DNA of 64,000 bases, from contig CAIJZX010000016.1 of NCBI GenBank assembly GCA_903825245.1, positions 66,100 to 130,099 on the forward strand, given 5' to 3'. This DNA comes from Candidatus Kerfeldbacteria bacterium. GTDB taxonomy: Bacteria > Patescibacteriota > Patescibacteriia > SBBC01 > CAIJZX01. The translations under genes and the position numbers were made by a program. Every line of letters begins with the position of its first letter. Position 1 is the first letter of the stretch. Below the pieces are notes generated by a model. That model searched no databases. It saw only the letters and a program-made list of their open reading frames with translations, and was not told the DNA's origin. This document shows, one piece after another, positions 8,877 to 17,997 of this stretch.

Positions 8877-10558
8877 TGCATAGCAATATCACCGAATTAG
8901 CAATCCTGTTGTCGGCCACAGCCATCGTGGGCATGGTGGCACGAGTTTTACGTCAGCCAATGATTTTAGCCTACCTGGTGGTCGGCGGCATTATTAGTGC
9001 GTTAGGAATTATTCGTATCAGTTCGAGTCCGCTGTATACGACCTTTGGCGATCTTGGGGTAACGTTTTTATTGTTCCTCATTGGCTTAGAAATCAACGTC
9101 AGTTCACTGAAAAAAGTTGGTCCGGCTTCAATCGTCCTCGGCATCGGCCAAATCGTCATTACCTTTGTCGGCGGATTTTTTCTTGGTCTCTTAATGGGAC
9201 TGAGTCCCATTAGCGCCGCGTACATTGCTATCGCTTTAACATTCTCCAGCACGGTCATTGTCGTCAAATTACTGTCGGAAAAACAAGACATGAATTCTCT
9301 CTACGGCAAACTGTCGCTGGGAATTCTGTTAGTGCAAGACGTCGTTGCAATTTTATTGCTTGTTGTTCTAGCCGGCTTACGCCCGGGTGAGGGGATGACG
9401 TTGGCGCCGGTGGTGTTAACGGTCGGTGAAGCATTATTGTTGTTTGCCTTTACCTACTGGCTGGGACGGACGATCATGCCCAAGCTCTTCGAACAATTCG
9501 CCCGATCAGAAGAATTATTATTCATCACCAGTTTGGCGTGGGTTCTCCTCATGTCTGCAGCCGTGCAAAAACTAGGCTTCTCCATTGAGATCGGCGGATT
9601 CCTGGCCGGACTGTCACTCGCCAATTCATCGATGCATTACCAAATCGCCAGTCGTGTGCGGCCTCTGCGTGATTTTTTTATCGCCTTGTTCTTCATTGTC
9701 CTTGGCAGTTCCGTTGTGTTGTCAAACTTTTCTGATGTCACAATGCCGGTAATTGTTTTTTCACTCTTCGTTCTCATCGGTAATCCGGTGATCGTCCTCA
9801 TCATTATGGGTTTCATGGGCTATCATCGTCGTACCAGCTTTTTAACCGGTATCACGGTCGCTCAAATATCTGAGTTTTCACTTGTCCTAGCCGCGCTCGG
9901 TTTACGACTCGGGCATATTACGAATGCTGATGTGACGATTATTACCGCCGTTGGCGTCATCACGATTGCTCTTTCATCGTACATGATGATCTATGGTGAT
10001 AAGATATATCAGTTCATTACGCCAGTCGTCGCATTTTTTCATCGCGGCCACTTACCGCAGGAACCAATCGAAAAATCATCACTCGATAAACCGATTCTGC
10101 TCATCGGCGCGCACCGCATAGGACGGGCACTCGCTGACCGCTTACACAAAAAAGATTTACTGATTATGGATTTTGACCCCGATGTTATTGTGTCGTTGAA
10201 GCACGATGGCTATCGCACCGTCTTTGGTGACAGTAATGACACTGACTTGATGTCGGAAATACCTTTCAAACACGTGAAATTAATTATTTCTACGTCGCCC
10301 GATGTTGAAGATAATGTACACTTGCTAGCATATTCACGATGCCAACCCGGCGCCAAGAAACGTAAGCTCATTATGCGTGCCGACAACGATTTCGATGCTG
10401 CCACGTTGTACAAACACGGCGTGGATTATGTCCTTCAACCGCAATTGTCGACCGGACAATACCTCGGACGCATGATTCGCAGTGATAAAACATTAAAAAT
10501 TCTCGAACAGCTTCGTACCCACGACCTCTCACTCGCTCACCGCACCGCCCATGAGTAA
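8876..10558 (+). CDS. Kef-type cation:proton antiporter (CPA2) with TrkA-N domain
   Basis: LLFLIGLE, FSSTVIVVK, VQD, AQISEFS motifs; C-terminal IGAHRIG...DFDP...FGD. Confidence 0.9.
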   Translation: MHSNITELAILLSATAIVGMVARVLRQPMILAYLVVGGIISALGIIRISSSPLYTTFGDLGVTFLLFLIGLEINVSSLKKVGPASIVLGIGQIVITFVGGFFLGLLMGLSPISAAYIAIALTFSSTVIVVKLLSEKQDMNSLYGKLSLGILLVQDVVAILLLVVLAGLRPGEGMTLAPVVLTVGEALLLFAFTYWLGRTIMPKLFEQFARSEELLFITSLAWVLLMSAAVQKLGFSIEIGGFLAGLSLANSSMHYQIASRVRPLRDFFIALFFIVLGSSVVLSNFSDVTMPVIVFSLFVLIGNPVIVLIIMGFMGYHRRTSFLTGITVAQISEFSLVLAALGLRLGHITNADVTIITAVGVITIALSSYMMIYGDKIYQFITPVVAFFHRGHLPQEPIEKSSLDKPILLIGAHRIGRALADRLHKKDLLIMDFDPDVIVSLKHDGYRTVFGDSNDTDLMSEIPFKHVKLIISTSPDVEDNVHLLAYSRCQPGAKKRKLIMRADNDFDAATLYKHGVDYVLQPQLSTGQYLGRMIRSDKTLKILEQLRTHDLSLAHRTAHE

Positions 10559-11948
10559 TCTGACTATCACGTTTTGCGGTGCCGACGGCGCCGTCACCGG
10601 CTCGAAACATTTACTTGATGATGGCCAGCACAAATTGCTGCTCGATTGCGGTCTCGAACAGGGGAGAGATCAGGCACCGCACCAGGATCAATTACCGTTC
10701 AACGCGCAAGAAATCAACGCCGTCGTTATTTCTCACGCCCATCTCGACCATATCGGATTACTCCCGGTACTCGTGAAACAAGGCTTTACCGGAAAAATAT
10801 ATTCTACTGATGCCACCAAAGATTTAAGCGAACAAATTCTTCTCGATGCCGCGCATTTACAGGAACAAGACGCCGCCTATGCCGCGAAAAAAAAGTGGGA
10901 AGGATGGGATCAAATACATCCGTTATATACCGTCGATGACATCGGTCCGGTAATGGAAAAGTGGCAAACAATTCCGTATCAGTTTATCCAATCTGGGTGG
11001 ACAGATGTTTTGCCGAGTGTACAAGTAAAACTGTATGATGCGGGCCACATTCTCGGTTCAGCAGTCACTGTCGTTTCGATGGGCGGGACGACATTAGCCT
11101 ATACCGGTGACTTAGGCCGGTACGATGCACCGCTTTTACGCGACCCAGATCCACTAGCGGAAACAATTGAAACATTGATCATGGAATCAACCTACGGCAA
11201 TCGCTTGCATCATCCCGTGTCGGCAATTAACGATCAGCTCATTCAAGTGGTGAAGAACACCGCGATTCGCGGTGGGAAAATTATCGTCCCGGCATTCTCG
11301 CTCGGCCGAACGCAAGAATTCGTCTACATCATCCACAAACTCACCGACGAAGGATTGTTTCCGCGCATTCCGATTGTAGTTGATAGTCCACTGGCCAGCC
11401 GTATCACAGCAGTTTTCACGAAGCATCAACAGGACTATGATAAAGCCGTCGGCGAAGATTTCTCACGCAAAGGTGAAGATCCTTTGATATTCAGCAACTT
11501 GCGCTACACGCAAACCGTCGAAGAATCGAAAGCGTTGAATACGACACCCGGTCCGTTAATCATTATTAGTGCCTCCGGTATGGCCAGCGGCGGCCGCGTT
11601 ATGCACCATCTCGCGAATAACCTTGCTGATCCAAAAAACACGATTCTCTTTACCGGTTACCAAGCTGTCGGAACACTCGGCCGATCCCTGGTCGAAGGAG
11701 CGAAACAAGTCCACATGTTCGGCCAGAAAATCGCTGTACGAGCCGAAATATCGGTTCTGAACGACCTTTCGGCGCATGCTGACGCTTTAGAGCTTGAACG
11801 GTATTCCGGGGCTATAAACGGCCTCCAGCGCGTCTTCCTCGTTCACGGCGAGCAAGACCGTTCCGAAGCCCTCCGCGACAGCCTCCTGATGCGCCATCCG
11901 CAGTGGAAGGTGATCGTGCCGCATGTGGGGGAAGTAGAGACGATCTAA
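10551..11948 (+). CDS. MBL-fold beta-CASP ribonuclease
   Basis: SHAHLDH, AGHILGS, GDLG, MESTYG, PAFSLGRTQE, SAHAD, VHGE. Confidence 0.92.
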   Translation: MSNLTITFCGADGAVTGSKHLLDDGQHKLLLDCGLEQGRDQAPHQDQLPFNAQEINAVVISHAHLDHIGLLPVLVKQGFTGKIYSTDATKDLSEQILLDAAHLQEQDAAYAAKKKWEGWDQIHPLYTVDDIGPVMEKWQTIPYQFIQSGWTDVLPSVQVKLYDAGHILGSAVTVVSMGGTTLAYTGDLGRYDAPLLRDPDPLAETIETLIMESTYGNRLHHPVSAINDQLIQVVKNTAIRGGKIIVPAFSLGRTQEFVYIIHKLTDEGLFPRIPIVVDSPLASRITAVFTKHQQDYDKAVGEDFSRKGEDPLIFSNLRYTQTVEESKALNTTPGPLIIISASGMASGGRVMHHLANNLADPKNTILFTGYQAVGTLGRSLVEGAKQVHMFGQKIAVRAEISVLNDLSAHADALELERYSGAINGLQRVFLVHGEQDRSEALRDSLLMRHPQWKVIVPHVGEVETI

Positions 11949-11960
11949 CAAAAATCTATA

Positions 11961-12001
11961 CAACACGTAGCTGGGGGTTTCAAACCCCCGGCTACGTGTT
12001 G
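11961..12001. repeat. Long REP-like palindrome (19-bp arms)
   Basis: caacacgtagctgggggtt-tca-aacccccggctacgtgttg, 18/19 complementary, contains GTAG foot. Confidence 0.8.
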
Positions 12002-12027
12002 ACAAAAACCCCGAAATACGCTAGCAT
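11999..12027 (+). promoter_or_regulatory. Sigma70-type promoter
   Basis: TTGACA-N17-TAGCAT; the -35 overlaps the palindrome arm. Confidence 0.6.
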
Positions 12028-12156
12028 CAAGCGTTATTTTGCGTTCTGCAAAATAACCCCGCTAAGGAGCACCAAACGGTGTTCCAGTGTGTCTCTCCCA
12101 GGACACGAGTCATTTCGACGGAGCGGGTTCCGGCTACAACGGCCAGGAGGAACACG

Positions 12157-12618
12157 ATGGGAAACGAGAGACAGTACATTCGCAACTTGGCGCTCAGCTT
12201 GATGGGCGAGCTGAGGGTCGATCAGGAGATCTTCAGTCGGTGGGAAACGTTCCCGCCGCCGATACGGCCAGCGCAAGCGATGAATTCGCACTGCGGTCTT
12301 CTTTTACATCGTAAGATGTGGAAAATGACGCCCACCACATTAGGTCGTATTGCTTCATTTGGCCGACGCGACCTGCGTCCCGAGTTCGAGCCAGTGGGCA
12401 CGACACTGCACGATGTGCTCGGCGAAGACGCGCTCTCGACTTGTCACTGGGGCGGAACGCTTCTTCACATGATCGCTCACGCTACGATCATCGCCGAGAT
12501 GGTCGACATCCTGTTCGAGCAACTGACGCCTGAACAGCGGGAGAGGTTTCGGTCCAAGAGTGATGACAGAATTCCCACTGGTCGTCAGCCTGGGCGCTCA
12601 GTAAACCTGGTCTTTTAA
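12157..12618 (+). CDS. Hypothetical protein (orphan, 153 aa)
   Basis: AGGAGG at 12145-12150 before ATG 12157; followed by a terminator; no recognised motif. Confidence 0.6.
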   Translation: MGNERQYIRNLALSLMGELRVDQEIFSRWETFPPPIRPAQAMNSHCGLLLHRKMWKMTPTTLGRIASFGRRDLRPEFEPVGTTLHDVLGEDALSTCHWGGTLLHMIAHATIIAEMVDILFEQLTPEQRERFRSKSDDRIPTGRQPGRSVNLVF

Positions 12619-12645
12619 CCCTTCGGCCTGCAGGCAAAAGCCGGC

Positions 12646-12674
12646 CACCTCGTACGACAGTGCGAGGTGTTTTT
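12646..12674 (+). terminator. Intrinsic terminator
   Basis: cacctcgtac-gaca-gtgcgaggtg followed by TTTTT. Confidence 0.8.
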
Positions 12675-12675
12675 C

Positions 12676-12692
12676 TGTATCACAAAACGGCG
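12676..12692 (+). repeat. 17-bp direct repeat, left copy
   Basis: tgtatcacaaaacggcg identical to 14068-14084. Confidence 0.85.
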
Positions 12693-12821
12693 ATTATGAT
12701 CTTTCAGGAGCATTCTTCTATATGATTGAAAGGATAGCTTCATATATTGACTCCGTATTCACTCAGGTGTAGGGTCGGAATACACCTTGACAATTCACTC
12801 AAACCTCACAGAGGGGGTCGT

Positions 12822-13976
12822 ATGCGCCCGATCTGGCTCTACCTCGTATGGATGTGTTTGGCTACCGTTCTCGTTTGTGGCTGTTCGAAGAAACACCTGA
12901 CGAACCTCACTGAACCAAAGGCAGTCGGGAGTCTTCATGTCTACTGCGCTCCATCAGGGTCAACGATCTATGTCGATGGTCAGGGCGCGGCAAGTGATTC
13001 AGGTTGGTACCGAGACCTTCCGGTTGGACGCCATATCGTTACGGGTCAGGCAAGGTATTTCCTGACCATAAATGATACCGTTATGGTTATGGCTGATTCG
13101 ATTGCGGTGGTTCATCTGCAGCTCGCTCCAGTGATTCGATGGGGGCCAGACGGCACACCGAAATCAGAATTCAGTTATGCCATGGGAATTGCTGTCGATC
13201 ACCATGGAAATATTTTTGTGGCCGACGCCGACGCAAACTTGATTTACAAGTTTGACGAAAATGGCACACCGCTGACAAAGTGGGGAGCAACCGGGAATGG
13301 GGGGACACTCAATTATCCGTTGGCTGTTGCTGTTGACGCCGCAGATAACATCTATGTTGTTGATCACTTCGGCTGGAGCTTGAATAAGTTCTCTAACAAT
13401 GGGAACTGGATAGCTTCTCTCGGCGGATGGATTTCGTATCCACTGGGTGTAGCCCTCGACCCAGCCGGTAACATCTATGTCACCAGCACGCAAGGTTGGA
13501 GTGTAGACGGTGCCGTCATCAAATTCGATCCTACAGGAAAAGTTGTTTCCCGGTGGGGTCCAGAGTCGCTCGGCGTAGGAAGTATGGACTATCCATGCGG
13601 TATCGATCTTGATCGATCCGGAAACATCTATGCTGTAGACATGTTCAAGGGTCGAATCGTCAAGCTCAATCCGAATGGTGCCTACCTGACTTCATTCGGT
13701 ACGCCAGGGACTGGCGACGGTATGCTGACTAATCCTCGTGGAATCGCCATCGATGCCGTTGGCCAAATCTATGTCGCCGACTCCGATAATAATCGGATCG
13801 TAAAGTTCGACCAAAACGGGAAGTTCCTGACCGCGTGGAATGGCGGAGGAGGGGACTTCTTCAGCGATCCGTGTGAAGTAGCGATTGACCCGAGGAATGG
13901 CGACCTGCTGGTGGTCTGTCCTGGCAGTGTCTGGAAGTATCACAAAAATGCCCCACCAATGGCATCAGTACATTGA
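12822..13976 (+). CDS. Putative lipoprotein with PEGA-like domain and NHL-repeat beta-propeller
   Basis: Signal peptide ending VCGC; GSLHV...IYVDG...GRHIV; about six P.GIAVD..GNIYVAD repeats; start after GAGGGGG. Confidence 0.85.
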   Translation: MRPIWLYLVWMCLATVLVCGCSKKHLTNLTEPKAVGSLHVYCAPSGSTIYVDGQGAASDSGWYRDLPVGRHIVTGQARYFLTINDTVMVMADSIAVVHLQLAPVIRWGPDGTPKSEFSYAMGIAVDHHGNIFVADADANLIYKFDENGTPLTKWGATGNGGTLNYPLAVAVDAADNIYVVDHFGWSLNKFSNNGNWIASLGGWISYPLGVALDPAGNIYVTSTQGWSVDGAVIKFDPTGKVVSRWGPESLGVGSMDYPCGIDLDRSGNIYAVDMFKGRIVKLNPNGAYLTSFGTPGTGDGMLTNPRGIAIDAVGQIYVADSDNNRIVKFDQNGKFLTAWNGGGGDFFSDPCEVAIDPRNGDLLVVCPGSVWKYHKNAPPMASVH

Positions 13977-14020
13977 TGGACTACTGGCCCGATTGGAAGG
14001 AAACGAGTATTGCTCCAAGT

Positions 14021-14052
14021 AGACCGATGTATGTACACACATCGGTCTTTTT
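14021..14052 (+). terminator. Intrinsic terminator of the NHL gene
   Basis: agaccgatgt...acatcggtct followed by T tract. Confidence 0.8.
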
Positions 14053-14067
14053 CTTTTGAGAATATTG

Positions 14068-14098
14068 TGTATCACAAAACGGCGCTTGCGCGCCGTTC
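14068..14098 (-). terminator. HU gene terminator; contains the right copy of the 17-bp repeat (14068-14084)
   Basis: aacggcgc-ttgc-gcgccgtt hairpin with T tract on the minus strand. Confidence 0.7.
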
Positions 14099-14116
14099 GT
14101 GGTAAAAACTGCGTAA

Positions 14117-14410
14117 TTACTTACCGAGGATCGAATCCTTGGCTTGTTTGGCGACGCGGAATTTGCAGACCGTCTTGGCTGGGATCTGGATCGTGGCGCC
14201 CGTGGCCGGATTGCGACCTTGGCGAGCGGCGCGATTCTTTTTCATCAGTTTGCCGAGTCCCGGGAGGGTGATTTCGCCGGCAGTCTTAGCCTGCTTATAG
14301 GCGGTATCAACGATTAAATCCCAGAAGGTTGCGACATCCTTCTTGCTCATGTTCGACTTCTCGGCCAGGAAGGCGATGAAGCCCGACTTCGTCATTGGTT
14401 TGTCTGCCAT
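14117..14410 (-). CDS. hup: HU family DNA-binding protein
   Basis: MTKS..IA.LAEK, ITLPGLGKL, RAARQGRNPATGATIQIPAK. Confidence 0.95.
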   Translation of the reverse strand: MADKPMTKSGFIAFLAEKSNMSKKDVATFWDLIVDTAYKQAKTAGEITLPGLGKLMKKNRAARQGRNPATGATIQIPAKTVCKFRVAKQAKDSILGK

Positions 14411-14605
14411 ACGCGTATGCGTTATTTATTTAGTAAAACCTGAGTTATGCCCAAAGAGTATAGCAAATCCCTAGCAAATTGCCTATGTTTTTACAATCCA
14501 CAACCATCCGATAAAAATACGTGTGCAAGCAATGCAATGAAGAAAGCGCTAATCTTAGCGCAGAGTCTGTTTATTTCGTCGATGCAATGTGCTACAATCA
14601 GGCCT

Positions 14606-15526
14606 ATGAAACACCACAAACTCATCATCATCGGTTCAGGTCCGGCAGGGTATACCGCGGCAATTTATGCCGGACGCGCAGAGTTATCACCACTCGTGGC
14701 GGCTGGTCCGGAACCAGGTGGACAACTCACCACGACCACCGAAGTTGAAAATTTTCCCGGATTTCCGAACGGCATCGTCGGTCCGGATCTCATGCAAGCT
14801 ATGCGCGACCAGGCCACGAAATTCGGAACGGAAGTTGTTGATGCGAGCGTGACGAAAGTCAATTTGAAAAGCACACCACTATCAATCACGATCGGCGACG
14901 AAGAACATACTACCGATTGCGTGATTATTGCTACCGGCGCTTCGGCCTTGTGGCTCGGTCAAACGAACGAGCAACGTCTGCGAGGTAAAGGCGTATCGGC
15001 CTGCGCGACCTGCGACGGATTTTTCTTCAAAGGAAAAGCTGTCGCCGTTGTCGGCGGGGGAGACGCGGCGATGGAAGAAGCGACATTCCTAACAAAGTTC
15101 GCCAATCATGTGACGGTACTCGTCCGCAGTGATAAGCTTCGTGCCAGCAAACCGATGATTAAACGTGCCGAAGAGAATCCGAAAATTACTATTCGGTACA
15201 ACACGGTCGTTACTGATATACTGGGCGAAGCAACTGTCACCGGATTGAAACTGAAACATGTGATTGATAGTACAGAAGAAGAACTTCCGGTTGGCGGATT
15301 ATTCCTGGCAATCGGCCATCGCCCAAATACCGATGTATTCCGCGACCAACTCGAACTCGATCAAAAAGGCTACATCGTTATTCAAAATCAAGTCTTAACA
15401 TCCATACCCGGCGTCTTTGTCGCCGGCGATGTCGCAGATTATCGATATCGACAAGCCATCACTGCGGCCGGTTGGGGATGTATGGCCGCGCTTGAAGCGG
15501 AAAAATTCTTGAGCCACAAGGAGTAG
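14606..15526 (+). CDS. trxB: Thioredoxin reductase
   Basis: IIGSGPAG, CATCDG, VVGGGDAAMEEA, AGDV..YRQAITAAG; start at MKHHKL. Confidence 0.96.
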   Translation: MKHHKLIIIGSGPAGYTAAIYAGRAELSPLVAAGPEPGGQLTTTTEVENFPGFPNGIVGPDLMQAMRDQATKFGTEVVDASVTKVNLKSTPLSITIGDEEHTTDCVIIATGASALWLGQTNEQRLRGKGVSACATCDGFFFKGKAVAVVGGGDAAMEEATFLTKFANHVTVLVRSDKLRASKPMIKRAEENPKITIRYNTVVTDILGEATVTGLKLKHVIDSTEEELPVGGLFLAIGHRPNTDVFRDQLELDQKGYIVIQNQVLTSIPGVFVAGDVADYRYRQAITAAGWGCMAALEAEKFLSHKE

Positions 15527-15527
15527 T

Positions 15528-15833
15528 ATGGCCACTCGGACTGACATTGAAGCCGCACTCAAGAATTGCATCGACCCAGAACTCGGGATTGACATCGTTA
15601 ATCTTGGATTGCTCCGTGACATTCAAATAACTAATGACAAGGTCACGATTACGATGACGCTCACCACGCCTGGTTGCCCATTGATACCATATTTCCATCA
15701 GCAAATCATCGCCATGACGAAGAAAGCTGCCGAAGTTGGTACTGTTGACGTCGTCGTCACATTTGAGCCGCCATGGTCGCCGGATGACATGAGTGCCGAC
15801 GCGAAACGTCAATTGACCATGCTTCGGGGTTGA
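15528..15833 (+). CDS. DUF59 / SufT-like metal-sulfur cluster assembly protein
   Basis: DPELGIDIVNLGL, TLTTPGCP, FEPPWSPD. Confidence 0.9.
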   Translation: MATRTDIEAALKNCIDPELGIDIVNLGLLRDIQITNDKVTITMTLTTPGCPLIPYFHQQIIAMTKKAAEVGTVDVVVTFEPPWSPDDMSADAKRQLTMLRG

Positions 15834-15867
15834 CGTACACTACACATACACTATTAACACCAACCGT

Positions 15868-16053
15868 ATGAATCATCGCCTTATTTCCATCATCGGACTC
15901 GCCGCCGTGTTGATTGTTCTTGGTGCCGCGTGTTCAAAAAAACAAGCAACCACGACCAATACCGTCGTCAATACCGTTCCCGTGGTAAATACGACACCTA
16001 CGAATTCGATCACGACCGGTACATTTAGCACCACCCCAGAGAACAGCCAATAG
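15868..16053 (+). CDS. Small Thr/Asn-rich lipoprotein
   Basis: Lipobox LGAAC then low-complexity T/N tail. Confidence 0.6.
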   Translation: MNHRLISIIGLAAVLIVLGAACSKKQATTTNTVVNTVPVVNTTPTNSITTGTFSTTPENSQ

Positions 16054-16055
16054 CC

Positions 16056-16502
16056 ATGATTTATATTGTTTCTGATCACGGCGGATTTGACGCGAAAGGA
16101 CACCTCACGCGCTGGTTAACGTCGCACAAAATTCCGGTCATTGACCTCGGTCCGGAAAAGGTTGACCCAAATGACGATTATCCGATGTGGGCAGCGCGGT
16201 TAGCGAAACAAGTTCAGCGTTCAAAAAAATCATTTGGCATCGCACTCTGCCGATCCGGCGTCGGCATGGCCTTAGTCGCCAATAAATTTTCCGGCATTCG
16301 CGCAGCACAAGCCTTTACTCCGGTTATGGCCGCCCGCAGTCGCCAGGACGAAGACAGTAACGTCTTGGCCTTAGCCGCAGATTATTTATCCCAACGTGAA
16401 TTACGTTCGATAGTTCGCACTTGGCTGACTACGAAGTTTAAAGCCAAGGCACGCTACCAGCGCCGCTTGAAAGAAATTCGCGCGCTCGAACATGGCCGTT
16501 GA
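16056..16502 (+). CDS. rpiB: Ribose-5-phosphate isomerase B
   Basis: SDHGG, DDYP, CRSGVGM..ANK..GIRA, NVLAL, RY.RRL. Confidence 0.9.
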   Translation: MIYIVSDHGGFDAKGHLTRWLTSHKIPVIDLGPEKVDPNDDYPMWAARLAKQVQRSKKSFGIALCRSGVGMALVANKFSGIRAAQAFTPVMAARSRQDEDSNVLALAADYLSQRELRSIVRTWLTTKFKAKARYQRRLKEIRALEHGR

Positions 16503-17133
16503 ACTCAGTCCGTCAGTTCTCGCGACTACGCCGAAACAATTTCGGGAGCGTTTGAAGCTGGCGCACAAGCTTTCGAAGCACATCCATATTGATATCATGG
16601 ACGGTGTTTTTGTAAAAACCAAGTCGATTGGCATTGGTGCCATGCAAAAAATCACCGTACCGAAGAACTCCAGCATCCACGCTATGGTCGCACATCCCGA
16701 AAACTACCTTGAAGTATTTACAACGTACAAACCGCGTCGCGTTTTTTTACAGGCGGAATTAAAAACAGCATTGCCTCCGGTCATCCAACAACTGCATAAA
16801 CTTCGCATTTCTGTCGGCATTGCAATTTCGCCGAAAACACGATTAAGCCCCGTTCAAAAATTTCTGAATCTCGGCGATCAGGTGCTTATCCTGACCGTTG
16901 ATCCGGGTCACTACCACGGTCGTTATCATCAGCAAATGATCCGCCGCGTTCAACAACTCCGCAAGATCATGCCCAAGACACCGATTGTTGTCGATGGCCA
17001 TATTGATACCGACACATTACCGGCCTACGCCAAAGCTGGTGCAAACGGCGCCGTCGTTGGTTCAGCTGTTATGCTCAACGATCATCCGGCGCAGTCCTGG
17101 CGCGAGCTCAGCAACCTGGCGAAACGACTGTAA
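16492..17133 (+). CDS. rpe: Ribulose-phosphate 3-epimerase
   Basis: SPSVL, HIDIMDGVFV, HAMV, VDG, VVGS. Confidence 0.85.
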   Translation: MAVELSPSVLATTPKQFRERLKLAHKLSKHIHIDIMDGVFVKTKSIGIGAMQKITVPKNSSIHAMVAHPENYLEVFTTYKPRRVFLQAELKTALPPVIQQLHKLRISVGIAISPKTRLSPVQKFLNLGDQVLILTVDPGHYHGRYHQQMIRRVQQLRKIMPKTPIVVDGHIDTDTLPAYAKAGANGAVVGSAVMLNDHPAQSWRELSNLAKRL

Positions 17134-17151
17134 TTCTGCTATACTTCGCCC

Positions 17152-17997
17152 ATGCTTTCGACGCTTCAATCTGTTCTCGAAAAGGCACAACGCGGAAAAT
17201 ACGCAGTCGGAGCATTTAATATTTCCGACCTCGAACAAGCCCAAGCAGTCGTTACCGCGGCTGAAATTTTGCAATCGCCGGTGATTATTAACACTTCAGA
17301 AAAAGCGCTCGAATACGCCGGGATTGAAAATTTATCAGCGATTGTTACGTCGCTTGCCAAGCATGTCAAAGTTCCGGTCGTCTTAAACCTCGACCACGGA
17401 CGCGACGTGAAAATCGCTCACCATTGCCTCCAGCAAGGTTGGACGGGGATTATGTTTGACGGATCGAAATTACCGTATGAAGAAAATGTTGCAACGACTG
17501 CCGCGGTAAAAAAATACGCTAAGAAGTTCGGTGTTGGTGTTGAAGGTGAAATCGGTCAAGTGAAATACAAAGAGGACATGAAGATTTCCAAGAAACCAGT
17601 ACTGGCCACACCGGAAGAGGCGGTTGATTTTGTACAACGAACGCATGTTGATGCTCTCGCCGTTGGTATTGGCAATAGCCACGGCCTGCCAGTTCCGGGT
17701 GAACGATTACATTTTGATCTGTTACAGCGAATACATCGAGCGGTCAAAGTACCTTTAGTATTGCACGGCGCCTCAGGCACACCGACGGCGAGCATCAAAA
17801 AGGCGATTCACTATGGCATTTGTAAAATCAACATTGATACCGATCTGCGGCTTGTTTTTACAGCTAGTGTCCGCGAAACATTGAAAGACCAATCGATTTT
17901 TGATCCTCGCGCCTACTTAACTCCTGCTCGACACGCGATCATGGATGAAGTCAAGAAGAAAATAATGATGTTCGGTAGTAATGGCAAAGCCAAATGA
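17152..17997 (+). CDS. fba: Class II fructose-bisphosphate aldolase
   Basis: YAVGAFN, LDHG, MFDGS, GNSHG, LVLHGASG, KINIDT. Confidence 0.93.
   Translation: MLSTLQSVLEKAQRGKYAVGAFNISDLEQAQAVVTAAEILQSPVIINTSEKALEYAGIENLSAIVTSLAKHVKVPVVLNLDHGRDVKIAHHCLQQGWTGIMFDGSKLPYEENVATTAAVKKYAKKFGVGVEGEIGQVKYKEDMKISKKPVLATPEEAVDFVQRTHVDALAVGIGNSHGLPVPGERLHFDLLQRIHRAVKVPLVLHGASGTPTASIKKAIHYGICKINIDTDLRLVFTASVRETLKDQSIFDPRAYLTPARHAIMDEVKKKIMMFGSNGKAK

Noticed and set aside
6443-14084. CRISPR array from the 33-bp or 17-bp repeats
   Set aside because: Only two copies each, kilobases apart, and no cas genes
14447-14605. Longer N-termini given by the ORF track for trxB, M23 (30488), MreD-like (41815), lysS (38498) and MazG (57769)
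   Set aside because: Upstream segments overlap promoters or neighbouring genes; family homology begins at downstream ATGs
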